Assembly (NCBI RefSeq): GCF_018350175.1
Contig: NC_058368.1
Span: 29,576,001 to 29,640,000, forward strand
Length of the DNA: 64,000 bases
Reading direction: 5' to 3'
Source of the DNA: Felis catus
Lineage: Eukaryota
Part shown: positions 1-11,028 of the stretch, piece after piece
Layout of the letters: each line of letters opens with the position of its first letter
How positions within the stretch are numbered: position 1 is the stretch's first letter
Notes under the pieces: generated by a model
What the model was told of the DNA's origin: nothing
Seen by the model: the letters and a program-made list of their open reading frames with translations, nothing else
The model's database searches: none
Position numbers and translations under genes: made by a program

Positions 1-539
1 GTTAACTGTAAAATAACCTTTGTTATATAATATAACCAGACACAACTGACAGTTTAATCATTAACTAAGAAAAAAATAATTAAAATTTTCTGTGGTTGGG
101 AAAAGGCTGCATGATATTTTACCTTTAATCTCTGAATTTTTGTATTAGTGAAAATCACTTATTTTAGAATTTGTTCAAATAAGCCAGTATATTTACATTA
201 TATATATATAAATGAGTATATATATATTCCGGCAGAGGACACTCAGGTGTTTGGAGAAAAGGATGTCTTTTTCTAGTTTGAACAAAAGCATTGAAAGTCT
301 AGTGGTAGCCCTGGTTAGCAATATGGAAAATTTCCAAGTACGTTATTGCTTGTGCCACACCTGAATGAGGAAAAGAGGAAAAAGGAGTTGTGTATTAAAG
401 GTGTGTAACTGCCCACAGTTTAAAGATAGAAAAGACAGTATTCATCTTTAGCTGAATTTATTTGGGACTGAAGAAGTGGCAGTGTGTTGTAACGGGCAAG
501 CACAAAGGTCTTGCAGCAGTTGGCCTCTTTTCTTATATA

Positions 540-620
540 GCTGGTCACCTTATGCAAGCTGTTCACTCTGTGCATTAAATTTTTATATGTAAAATGGGGA
601 TAATAGAACTTACAGGGTGG
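540..620 (+). mobile_element. MIR fragment
   Basis: MIR core-like gtcaccttatgcaag...tgtaaaatggggataatag. Confidence 0.55.
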
Positions 621-1908
621 CAAGGCTGTACATATTTATAGATACTATCTGTGTGCTTACTATATGCCATGTACTATCTTATTTACATGTACATGGCCAT
701 GAACTCTTGTCATGGGGAGCCCTTAATTTAAGAAATGATATCTGGCTATAGGGTCAGTTAACATACCCAGGCTCCAAGATACCCACCCAAGATACCCTGA
801 TTCAGGTAGGCAAGGGGAAGAAGGAAGAACAGTGTATTTTGGAAAAGCTGCCTGGATCCCAAAGTTATTCTGTATCCTTCCAACTCTTTTCTTGCCTGCC
901 AATATTATCAGTATATCTGGCCTTTATTTCTAGTCATAGCCTGTCCACCTATTAAATCTTCATTACCCAGCTCATATTCTCTTCTAACTCCATCCTTCAA
1001 AAGAGCTGCTAACATCCTGCTCTAGGCTGATTGTCACAGAGGTGGCTTGGTTGGAGTCTGAACTTGGAAATCAGAATCCTACCACAGTGGGTAGGATCTA
1101 GTCATCCTGTGTCTTTCCACTTGCTTTGAACTTCTCTTAAGCTGCACTGAGTTTTCTTTTCATATGTCTACCTAGCTGACCCATTTGTTTTCTCCAGAAT
1201 TTTTTATTTCTCACATATGTAACAAGCCACATAACTGTAACGTATAAAATTTGCCTATAATAATCTGTGTGCAATGATTAACATTTGGGTGATGGGTACC
1301 AGCCTAGCTGTTGACCATTTGAAGTAGCAGTCATCTATCTTCTGTATAATAGCTTCATAGAATTAAGAGAAAACAGTTGAGATCAGATGCTGAGTGTTTT
1401 CAGCTGCGCTTGTTTGATATTAACAAAGGCCATAACAATAATTTTCACACCAGTGAACTTTTAAAATTGGATTGACTCACAATATCATTAACAACCTTAT
1501 GTAAGCTTGATGTACATTAAAGGATTTTATGTTAAAGATTATTTGAGCTGAGAAAACTGCTGAAACATGCTTCCATTTATTTTTGCCAAAGCTTGCCCTT
1601 ATTGTTTGCTCTCTATGCCAACCTAAAGAACCCCCATGAGTTCATTATATTCATGACTCGTTTTATGTAATACAATATGAACTGTGAACTATTAAATTTC
1701 TTCTTATAGTTCAATATACATTTAAGACAGGTTTTTTTTTTTTTTAATTGAGCATTTTCCCTCTATATATAGAGAAACAGGTTGAAAACAATTACAATCA
1801 TATGAATTCTGGTAATTGTGGATGAACATGTGGATGATATTATCCCTCAAGTATTAAAAATAATGAGAGTGAATCTAATACATTTGTTTAAAAATACCTA
1901 ATTTTCTT

Positions 1909-2360
1909 GGGGTGCTTGGGTGGCTCAGTTGGTTAACCATCTGATTCTTTTTTTTTTTTTTTTTTCAACGTTTATTTATTTTTGGGACAGAGAGAGACAG
2001 AGCATGAACGGGGGAGGGGCAGAAAGAGAGGGAGACACAGAATCGGAAACAGGCTCCAGGCTCTGAGCCATCAGCCCAGAGCCCGACGCGGGGCTTGAAC
2101 TCACGGACCGCGAGATCGTGACCTGGCTGAAGTCGGACGCTTAACCGACTGCGCCACCCAGGCGCCCCAAACCATCTGATTCTTGATTTCAGCTCAGGTC
2201 ATGATCTCATGGTTTGAGTTCGAGTCCCGCATGTGGCTCTGCACTAGCAGTATGGAGCCTGCTTGGGATTCTCGGTCTCCCTCTGTCTCTGCCCCTCCCT
2301 TGCTCATGCTTGTGCTCTTGCTCGCTCTCTCCAAAAATAAACTTAAAAAAAAAAATAAAA
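1909..2360 (+). mobile_element. CanSINE host element, interrupted by a nested SINE
   Basis: tRNA-like head ggggtgcttgggtggctcag; body resumes at 2170; A-tail; near-TSD aaaat..ctaattttctt. Confidence 0.9.
1950..2168 (-). mobile_element. Young felid SINEC_Fc-type CanSINE nested in another CanSINE
   Basis: 15-bp TSD aaccatctgattctt at 1935-1949 and 2170-2184; CpGs intact. Confidence 0.93.
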
Positions 2361-2685
2361 TTTCTAATTTTCTTTCAGGCAGTTCATAATAACTTCTTTG
2401 CCAAGCATTTTGATATCCTCCTCCTTCCCCAACAAAATTGCTTCCCCATTTGTGTTAATGTGGCACTTTGTACAGCAGATGGTATCATAGTTAATGGCCT
2501 GAGAGTTTTGTGTTGGACATTCCATTATAATACAGGGTCTGGTATGATGTTTATGTTGTGTTGAAGATACAGGGAGTAGCATTTGAAATGTGTAACTCAT
2601 ATTTTGTCAAAATGACTTCAAATGTTAAAAAAGTTTTCAGTTGTGTAGAATATGCTGATTTTCTTTTATTTCATAATCTCAATAG

Positions 2686-3289
2686 GACTATACAGGCTCC
2701 AACCCAAGTTCCAGTGGTTGTGTCTCCTGGGAATCAGCATTTGCATACAGTAACACTCCAGACAGTGCCAATCACAACAGTGATAGCCAGCACAGATCCA
2801 TCATCAGGTGCTGGATCTCAGAAATTTATTTTACAAGCCATTCCATCCTCACAGCCCATGACAGTACTGAAAGAAAATGTCATGCTGCAGTCACAGAAGC
2901 CAGGCTCCCCTCCTTCAATTGTCTTGAGCCCTGCCCATGTACAGCAGGTACTTACTAGCAATGTTCAATCCATTTGCAATGGAACCGTCAGTATGGCTTC
3001 ATCTCCGTCCTTCAGTGCTACTACTCCTGTGGTGACCTTTTCTCCTCGAAGTTCACAACTTGTTGCTCACCCACCTGGCACTGTAATCACTTCGGTTATC
3101 AAAGCTCAAGAAACAAAAACTCTTATACAGGAAGTAGAGAAAAAGGAAGTTGAAGATCATTTGAAAGAAGACATTGAGAAGACTGAGCAACAGCCACAGC
3201 CTTATGTGATGGTGGTATCCAATTCCAATGGATTTGCCTCTCAGGTAGCTGTGAAACAAAATGAATTGCTGGAACCCAACTCTTTTTAA
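2686..3289 (+). CDS. ELF1: ELF1 (E74-like ETS factor 1), last coding exon
   Basis: Acceptor ttcttttatttcataatctcaatAG|G at 2684-2685. Translation RTIQAPTQVPVVVSPG...QNELLEPNSF* matches the ELF1 C-terminus as I recall it. TAA at 3287-3289. Confidence 0.96.
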
Positions 3290-4726
3290 TTAATATACCA
3301 AAGGAATTATGGATGGTTGTTTTTTAATTGAACATTTCCAGTTGTATTCAAACTGATTCTAAGATAAATTCTACAGATGTTCCTAATTTTGTAGTTAATT
3401 GTTAAAAATATTAATTTAGAGTTAATTTTGACTTTGTTAGATGAGGGAGGGTACCCAAGTGTTTCTCTTTGTTGTGCAAATGTTTCAGAATTCAATTGTG
3501 AAGGAACAGGCATTTTATACTATGAAGACATTCTTTTCAGATTTTTTTCAGTTGCTATACCATAAGCATTTTTTAAGTTTCTTTTTTAATTTTACATGGT
3601 ATTAGTTTTTCTGATTCTTTTGTAAATACAGTACTTAAATACAAGGCAACAGGAGATTTATATAGGAACCATTTTCATTCCACTTGTGTAAGTTAAAGTC
3701 TTGACCCTTTCAAATGCAAGACAGCTATTTTATACTTTGTTAAAAAATTATGATTTCAGTTAGATTACTTTAGTTGGTTGCACTGTATAAGGAACTATGA
3801 AGATGTAGAAAACAACATTAAAAATTGAAAGTTGCCTATGATACGGCTGAACCTGTTTCAGAAGCAGGATAGTATAAAAGCGTCAGCCTAAGAGTGGCTC
3901 TTGTGCTAATTAGTTGTGTGATGTTGGGCAAAGCCACTGGATCTTTTTGGGCCTCAGTTCTCCCATAAAAGGAAGGGATATGTTGGATTAGATGAGATGA
4001 TCTTCAGGCTCCTTTCTGGTTCTAAATTTAATGATTCTAGCTCCTATATTTTAAAGTTATATCAACTAAAACATTATCAGCTTATTTCTTAATGTAAATA
4101 TGGCTAACATATTGCAGAAAAATAACTGGCCCTACAACCTACAAAATTCATTCTTCTGTTATCTGTAAGATCTGCTATGAATCTGAATTCTTCCTAAATA
4201 CTGTGTTCATTAACTTTTTAGGCCACTGTGTACCGTGGCCCATCAGTAAACTTACATTGCTGAGTGCTAAATGATGTACTGCCATTCTGAAAGAGTCAAG
4301 GCTCTTTCTTAAGGGCCCAGAAAGCAACCACACCTTGGGCTCATCTGGCTGAGTAGTCAGTTGCTATAAAAGCATAATTGCTTTATATTTTGGATCATTT
4401 TTTTATTGGGAGTTGGGGGGGTTGCGTACAAAGATAATATACATATATATCTGAGTCTCGGAAATGAAATAGTTTTTAGATTACTTTTCAACTGTAAATA
4501 ATGTACATTTAATTTCACAAGAAAAATTGTTTTCTGCAAATTTTCTAGTACAGCAAAGGAGAAACTTTTGTAGATGAAAAAAAATCATGTTTAGAGGTCT
4601 CTTGTTCTGTGTTTTCATATTACAGAGTGAATTTGTATTTAAGCAAAAATTTAAATTTTGGAAGCCTCTAAACGTTTTTGTATCTTTAATTGGTTTATTA
4701 TTAAATAAATCATGTAAAAATTCTCA
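3290..4726 (+). other. ELF1: ELF1 3'UTR
   Basis: AT-rich sequence after the stop, ending at AATAAA 4704-4709 followed by the GT-rich element gtgtttgtgttttc (4727-4740). The cleavage site is inferred. Confidence 0.7.
3905..4040 (+). mobile_element. MIR fragment in the ELF1 3'UTR
   Basis: tgtgtgatgttgggcaa...gggcctcagtt...ttggattagatg..atct, MIR-like. Confidence 0.6.
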
Positions 4727-4740
4727 GTGTTTGTGTTTTC
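4704..4740 (+). terminator. ELF1 polyadenylation signal plus downstream GU-rich element
   Basis: AATAAA 4704-4709; GT/T-rich tract about 18 nt downstream. Confidence 0.7.
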
Positions 4741-4992
4741 AAGCAAATATTTCTTAAGAAGAGGTATACAGAAAATGTTGTTGGTATTTGCAATGCTATT
4801 AAGTATTCGTATAATAAGCTCCATTGGTCAGATTAGAATTGCTGAATGCAGTTCCTCCTCTCAGTTTTCCTTTCTGCTATGCCAGACGGCTGCTTCTACG
4901 TGGCACATGTGGATTGCCAAGCTCTATAAATTAGAAAACAATAAAATTTTCTTAGCAATAATATTCAACACACTCTAAAAAACAAGTTTTCT

Positions 4993-5208
4993 GGGGCGCC
5001 TGGTGGCTCAGTTGGTAAGCGTCTGACTTCAGCTCAGGTCATGATCTCACGGTTCGTGAGTTCGAACCCCGCATCGGGCTCTGTGCTGACAGCTCAGAGC
5101 CTGGAGCCTGCTTCGGATGCTGTGTTTCCCTCTCTCTCTGCTACTCCCCCACTCACATTCTGTCTCTCAAAAATAAATAAACATTAAAAAATTAAAAATA
5201 AATAAAAA
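4993..5208 (+). mobile_element. CanSINE
   Basis: ggggcgcctggtggctcag head, CT-rich region, A-tail, TSD aagttttct. Confidence 0.92.
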
Positions 5209-5389
5209 AGTTTTCTAATTAGAAATCAGATCAGTTAATTGTTAAACTTAGAAAACATAGAACCAGAAAAAGAGAAGAAAATTAAAATCTCAATGCAATA
5301 CCCCTGTACCTAGTAGTAACTTACACACTTACTCATTTTGTCATGTCAATTAATATTCTTCAAAAATGGGATTTTAAAAGGAGCATTTT

Positions 5390-5700
5390 AATCTCTGAAG
5401 TCAGAGGAATGCAGGAAAGAATCTGAACAAATAGGCCTTGCTAAATTTCCCTCAGTTTACTACCCTTAGTTCATACCCTTTTCTTCTGTCATTTTTCATG
5501 ACTTCCCATTCTTTATCAAACCTAGTATAAAAACACTTAGGCTTAACATTTCTTTGAATCTTCATTTCCATATGAAGGCTCCCACATCATGTAAAACATT
5601 AAAATAAATAGGTATGCTTTCCTTCTTTAAACTGTCAGTTTGATTTTTAGGCCCAGCTAAGCACCCTAAGAGAGTCATGGCAAAGTTCTTTCTCCTCTAG
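5390..5700 (+). mobile_element. ERV1 LTR fragment (MER34-like)
   Basis: gaaggctcccacatcatgtaaaacattaaaataaataggtatgctttcc resembles the R/U5 region of MER34/39-group LTRs; family not verified. Confidence 0.55.
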
Positions 5701-6012
5701 AACTCTGGCTAGCCATGCATCCCCTAACATAATCTCATATTGAACTCCTGAACAGGAGCATAGCTAGCTCTCTGGCTTGTGATGTTACTCTCACTGTCCT
5801 AACCTAAAAACCTGATGTTTTCTCAGTTCCCATTCATTCTTTAACCTTGTATAGTATTGCATTTGCCCTATTACCCTGAAATTACTGTTGCAAAGGTCAC
5901 TAACTAGTAGTTAATTTCCATATGCCAGATTTCTGTCCTTATCTTCCTTGACCTTTCCAACATTTAACCTTTTATAACTCACCCTGAACTTTATTTTTTT
6001 TTTCAAGAAACA

Positions 6013-6210
6013 ATTTTTTTTTTTTTTTTTTTTTAGAGAGAGAGAGTGTGTGTGAGCAGGGGAGAGGGGCAGAGGGAGAGAGAGAATCTTAAGCAGGCTG
6101 CATGCTCAGTATGGAACCCAATGCAGGGCTTGATCTTACAACCCTGGGATTATGACCTGAACCAAAATCAAGAGCTGGATGCTCAACCAACTGAGCCAGC
6201 CAGGTGCCCC
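6013..6210 (-). mobile_element. CanSINE
   Basis: poly-T, GA-rich region, ends caggtgcccc. Confidence 0.9.
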
Positions 6211-6417
6211 AACTCACTTTAAGTTCTCAATTTATTGCTTTCACTTTTTAAAATTTTTTTTTTATTAAAAAAATTTTTTTAATGTTTATTCCAATTTCAT
6301 TATGTCAAATCCTTTAGTGTCAAGCCCTTCCTCACTGTCCTCAGAGTTGATGTCCTGCATGGTCTTACCTCTTCTTGGTCCCACCAGCCTTATCTTCAAA
6401 TATCACTCTCCAAATCC

Positions 6418-7010
6418 TGTCAGTTCGGATTGGGGTGCTTTCAGTTGCATGAAACAAAAACGCAATTTAAAATTATTAAATAGTACAAAATAAGACGTCT
6501 GGAGTTAGGTTTCCAGGTTAGTTAATTCAGGAACTCAGGTGATAGTAACCAGGTTTCTTTCCTCTCTGCTTTCCCATCCTCAGCATTTTGCTTTAGTTTC
6601 CAGGATGGCTTCTGCCATACTTGCCAGATAGCTGCAGTAGTTCCTTCTAGTTTTCTGTTTGTCAGAAGATCTTTCCCAGAATACCCTGAACAGCTGTCTC
6701 TTCAGAGCTCGTTGGCTAGATTTGTCATATACCCCTTCCTAAACAAATTGCTAGTCAAGGAAGTAGGGTTACCATGAATGACTTAGATGTGTATGGTGCC
6801 AAACAAAATCGGGGCTCTCCAGCAAGAAATGAGGGAGAATGGTGTGGCCTACCATCACCCACACGCATCTTTCTTTACAGACACTTTCAAAAATGCTCAT
6901 GCCTACATAAAACCTGTATTTCTCTCCCAAAGAGAGATCAAAGTCCCATCCTGTTGCCCGATCCAGTTTCATGCCCGGGATGTTTGAGATCGTACGCAGT
7001 CGTCTTTTTC
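6418..7010 (-). mobile_element. Old MaLR (MLT1-like) LTR plus adjacent internal fragment
   Basis: ctttcagttgca...aacaaaatcggggctct...gagggagaatgg LTR motifs; aaagtcccatcctgttgcccgatccag resembles MLT1-int. Confidence 0.55.
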
Positions 7011-7549
7011 AGATCAGCTGTGTCCCCCTGGTTTCTTGTCCTCCACAGCCACATCCAGTATGAGCACTCAGGATACTCTTTCCAGAGTCAGCTTTAGAAC
7101 ACACCATTTGATGATATAAGTTTGATGCCCTGTCACAGGGTCACCATTTTCCCATCCTGGAATAGTTGTATCCTCAGTACCTTTCATCCTGCCTTTTATA
7201 CATACCCGGTGAGTTATACAACATACCAGGGTCAGTTTTGGAGAATTCCACTTCCAAATACCAAATTGTCTTCCAGTTTGAGTTCTGGGTCCTTAGCAAT
7301 AGAGATGGATTCTGGTTTTCAGCATAAAGAAATTTTATTATAAGAATATTGTATAGTTCATAGAATAGACAAAAGGACTAGAGAATCGGGGTCAATCTGA
7401 GTCAAACAGCTAGGAAAAAACTGCACAAGTGATTTTGTAGAGAAATTGTAGCCACTGTTGCCAAGCACTAAACACTAGGCTTTGTATCACTGTCTGTGCT
7501 GCCCCAGGAGTTTGGTTGCGATACAAGTGCTCCTGCATCCAGGTGCCCC

Positions 7550-9330
7550 TGATTTTGAGCATCTTTTGATGTGCTCATGTGACATCCATATATTTTCTTT
7601 GATGAAATGATTGTTAAAATTTGTTGTCCATCAAAAATTCTGTTGCTTTCTTATTACTGATTTTTGAGAACTCTTTATGTACTCTGGATGCAAGTTCTTC
7701 ATCAGCTATATGATTCGCAAGTATTTTTAAAGTGCAGAAACCTTTTAATTTTGGTAAAGTCTGATTTATCAACTTCTTAAGGGTCATGCTGTTAGTGTCA
7801 TATTTAACAAATCTTCGCCTAATCCCAGGTCACTAAGGTTTTCTTCCTTCTAGACGTTTTATAGTTTTAAATTTTACATTTGGGCCCATGATCCATTTTG
7901 AGTTAGTTTTTATAGATGATGCAAGGTATGTATTGGATGTTCACTTTTTTTGCTTTTGTATATTCAATTTGTTGAAAACACTGTCCCTTTCAATTAAAAA
8001 GTATCAAAAGACTATCCTTTTCAACTATCTTCCCTGAGTTATCTTTGGACCTTTGTTGAAAATCACTTGTCGTATATGTACAGGTGAATTTATGGACTCT
8101 ATTCTGTTCTATTGATCTTTGTGCCAATACATACAAAGGTTGGTGTGTTGAAATCAGTAGTGTTAGTTCTCCAGCTTTGTTATTTTTCAAAGTTGATTTG
8201 ACTATTCTAATTATGTATTTCCACCTGAATTTGCAGAATCAGTTTCTCAACTGAAACAGAAAAAACCTTTGGGATTTTGATTGGGATCATGTTGAATCCA
8301 TAGATCAATTTGGGAAGAACTGACATTTTAACAATATTAAGTCTCCATAGATGCATCTCCATTTGTTTAGGTGTTCTTTAATTTCTCTCAGCAATGTTTC
8401 ATAAATCTCAATGTATACTTTTTGTGTATCCTTTGTCAGGTTTATTTTTCAGTATTTAATATTTTTGATGCTATTGTAAATGTCATAAATTTCAAATTCT
8501 GACTGTTGCTGGTTTTGTTTTAAATCTTTACCTCCTATTTATGGAGGCATGAAGGGTACAAATCTTATGTGTACAACTCAATAAAATTTTACATCTGAAT
8601 ATATTGGCGTAATTGCCACCTGGTTCAAGATATGTAACATTTCCTGCATCCAAGAAGTTTCCTTCATGGCTCTTCTCAGCTAGGAGATCACTTTCTGGTA
8701 TCCCTCACAATAGTTTTTATCTTCATATAAATGGAATCAATCGAGATGTACCCTGGCTTCTTTAACTCAACATTATGTATGTGAGGTATGTATGTGAGGT
8801 TCCTACATTTTGTTGTGTGTATTGGCAATTTATTCTCAATCATTGCTCTATAGTATTTTTCTCCTATCAAAGGATATTTATTTCCAGTTTTTCCTGTGCA
8901 TAATGCTGTAATCAATATTCATGTACACAAACTAAGTACTCTTTTCTCTTGGGGATATGCCCAGTGGTAGAATTTTTGGGTAACAGGGTATATGTATGAC
9001 TAGCTTTAGTAGATAGTGTCAAAAGTTTTCTAGGGGTGCCTGGCTGTGGAGCATGTAACTCTTGGAGTTGTAATTCGAGTCCCATGTTAGAGTGTAGAGA
9101 TTATTTTTTTAAATCTTAAAAAAAAAAAGTTTTCTAAAGTAATGACAGCAATTTATACTCCCACTAGCAACATACACCAGTTATAGGTGCCCCATATCCC
9201 TGCCTAGGCTTGGTATTGGAATTCCTTTTAAACAATTCTGGTGAGTGTTTAGTAGCAAAGTATGACTTTAATGTCCCTAATATAGCTGTTGATGTAGAAC
9301 TTCTTTTCCTATGCATATTGGCCATTTAGA
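7550..9330 (-). mobile_element. Old L1 (L1M) ORF2 3'/3'UTR fragments
   Basis: L1 antisense motifs (atccattttgagttagttttt; ttgattgggatcatgttgaatccatagatcaatttggg). Confidence 0.75.
9033..9124 (+). mobile_element. Short old CanSINE (tRNA-derived)
   Basis: TSD aaaagttttcta on both sides. Confidence 0.8.
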
Positions 9331-9634
9331 GAACACTTGAAAATCAAAGTAATTCACTTTAAAGAAAAAATAGATACGAACATTTCAGTAAAGGCAGAAA
9401 AAGCATTTGCTATTGAATGCCTTCCCCTCTGATGTTATAGCCAAGAGAGGAAACCCATTATCACTATTCCATTCAACACTATATGAGATGTACCAGCCAG
9501 TGAAAGACAGCAAGAAAAAGAAATGAAAGGTATAGTCATTTCACGAGACCTTAAACAATCTTTATTCACAGATGAAAAATTGTAATCATAGAAATTCTAA
9601 AAGAACCTACAAGGTATTAGAAATGTAAGGTCAA

Positions 9635-9797
9635 GGGGTGCCTGGGTGGCTCCGTCAGTTAAGCGTCCGACTTCAGCTCAGGTCATGATCTCGCTCGGTG
9701 CCTGGAGCCTGCTTCAGATTCTGTGTCTCCCCATCTCTTGGCCCCTCCCCTGCTCATGCTCTGTCTCTCAGTAATAAATGTTAAAAAAAAAAAAAAA
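9635..9797 (+). mobile_element. CanSINE (internally deleted)
   Basis: 16-bp TSD agaaatgtaaggtcaa at 9619-9634 and 9798-9813. Confidence 0.9.
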
Positions 9798-9872
9798 AGA
9801 AATGTAAGGTCAATATGTAAAAATACTGTTTCTACGTATTAAAAACAAAGAAGTAGAATATAAGACTTTTAT

Positions 9873-10079
9873 CTTTTTTAACGTTTATTTTTTGAGAGAG
9901 AGTGAGAGAGACAGTGCAAGCTGGAGAGGGGCAGAGAGAAAGGGAGACACAGAATGAGGCAGGCTCCAAGCTCTGAGCTGTCAGCACAGAGCCAGATGCA
10001 GGGCTTGAATTCATGGATCGCAAGATCTTGACCTGAGCTGAAGTTGGATGCTTAACCGACTGAGCCACACAGTCATCCC
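9873..10079 (-). mobile_element. CanSINE
   Basis: Antisense SINEC body. Confidence 0.9.
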
Positions 10080-10135
10080 TAAATATAAAACTTTTAAAAT
10101 GTCATTTAAAATAGCATTAAAAAAACCAAATAACT

Positions 10136-10335
10136 GGAGGGCCTGGGTGGCTCAGTTGGTTAAGTGTCTGACTCTTGCTATTGGCTCAGGTTATGATCTC
10201 ACAGTTCTTGAGCTCTACACAGGGCTCTGCTGACAGCGTGGAGCCCACCTGGAATTCTCTCTCTCCCTCTCTGCCTCTCCCTTGCTCACTCTTCCCCCAC
10301 CCCGTCTCTCTCTCTCTCAAAATAAATAAATAAAA
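10136..10335 (+). mobile_element. CanSINE
   Basis: Head, CT-rich region, A-tail. Confidence 0.88.
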
Positions 10336-10810
10336 GTTTTGTTTTAAAGCCCAATACCCAAGTATAAATCTAATGAAAGATATGTGATACCTCTACACTG
10401 AAATTTACAAAACTGCTGAGGGAAATTAAAGAGCACTTAAACAAATGGAGGGTGTATGAATGATACTTATGTCTCAATATTAAGAAGTCCATTTTCTCCA
10501 AACAGATCTACAGATCCAATGCAAGTCCAATTAAAATCCCAGCAGGCTTTTTTTTTTTTAAGTTGACAAGCTCATCCTAAAATTTGTAACTAAGTGGAAA
10601 TAAATTGTATAAGATGTATAAAATAATGGCAATACAGAGGATTTGGAATAGCCAAGGCAAACTTGAAAAGTTCTAGGACCTCAAGATCCATTATAAAGCT
10701 ACATTAATTATGATAGTGTGGTACTGGTACAACGTTAGACACATAGACCCACATACATATGGTCTTCTACTTGACAACAAAAGTACCTTAAGAATTTAGT
10801 GGGGTGGGGT

Positions 10811-11028
10811 GGGGGCACTTGGATGGTAACTGAGTGTTCAACTCTGGATTTCTGCTCAGGTCATGATCTCACAATTCACAGGATCGAGCCTGCATCAGGC
10901 TGTGCACAGACAGCATGGAAACTGCCTGGGATTCTCTCCCCCCCCCCCCCCCCCTCTTTATGCCCCTTACCCACGTGTGCACGTGCTCTCTATCTCTCAA
11001 AATATATAAATAAAACATTTAAAAAAAA
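10811..11028 (+). mobile_element. CanSINE
   Basis: Diverged head, poly-C run, A-tail. Confidence 0.85.

Noticed and set aside
231..413. Superficial resemblance to a bacterial lysine riboswitch (AGAGG...UGAAAG...; GGCAG/CUGCC ends)
   Set aside because: Core motifs (AGAGGNGC, loop-E AGUA, GCCGAA, CUGUC) are missing, and the context is implausible
2558..2685. N-terminal part of ORF 2558..3289
   Set aside because: Intronic read-through upstream of the ELF1 acceptor at 2685
6950..7010. CpG cluster in intergenic DNA
   Set aside because: Explained by similarity to MLT1 internal sequence
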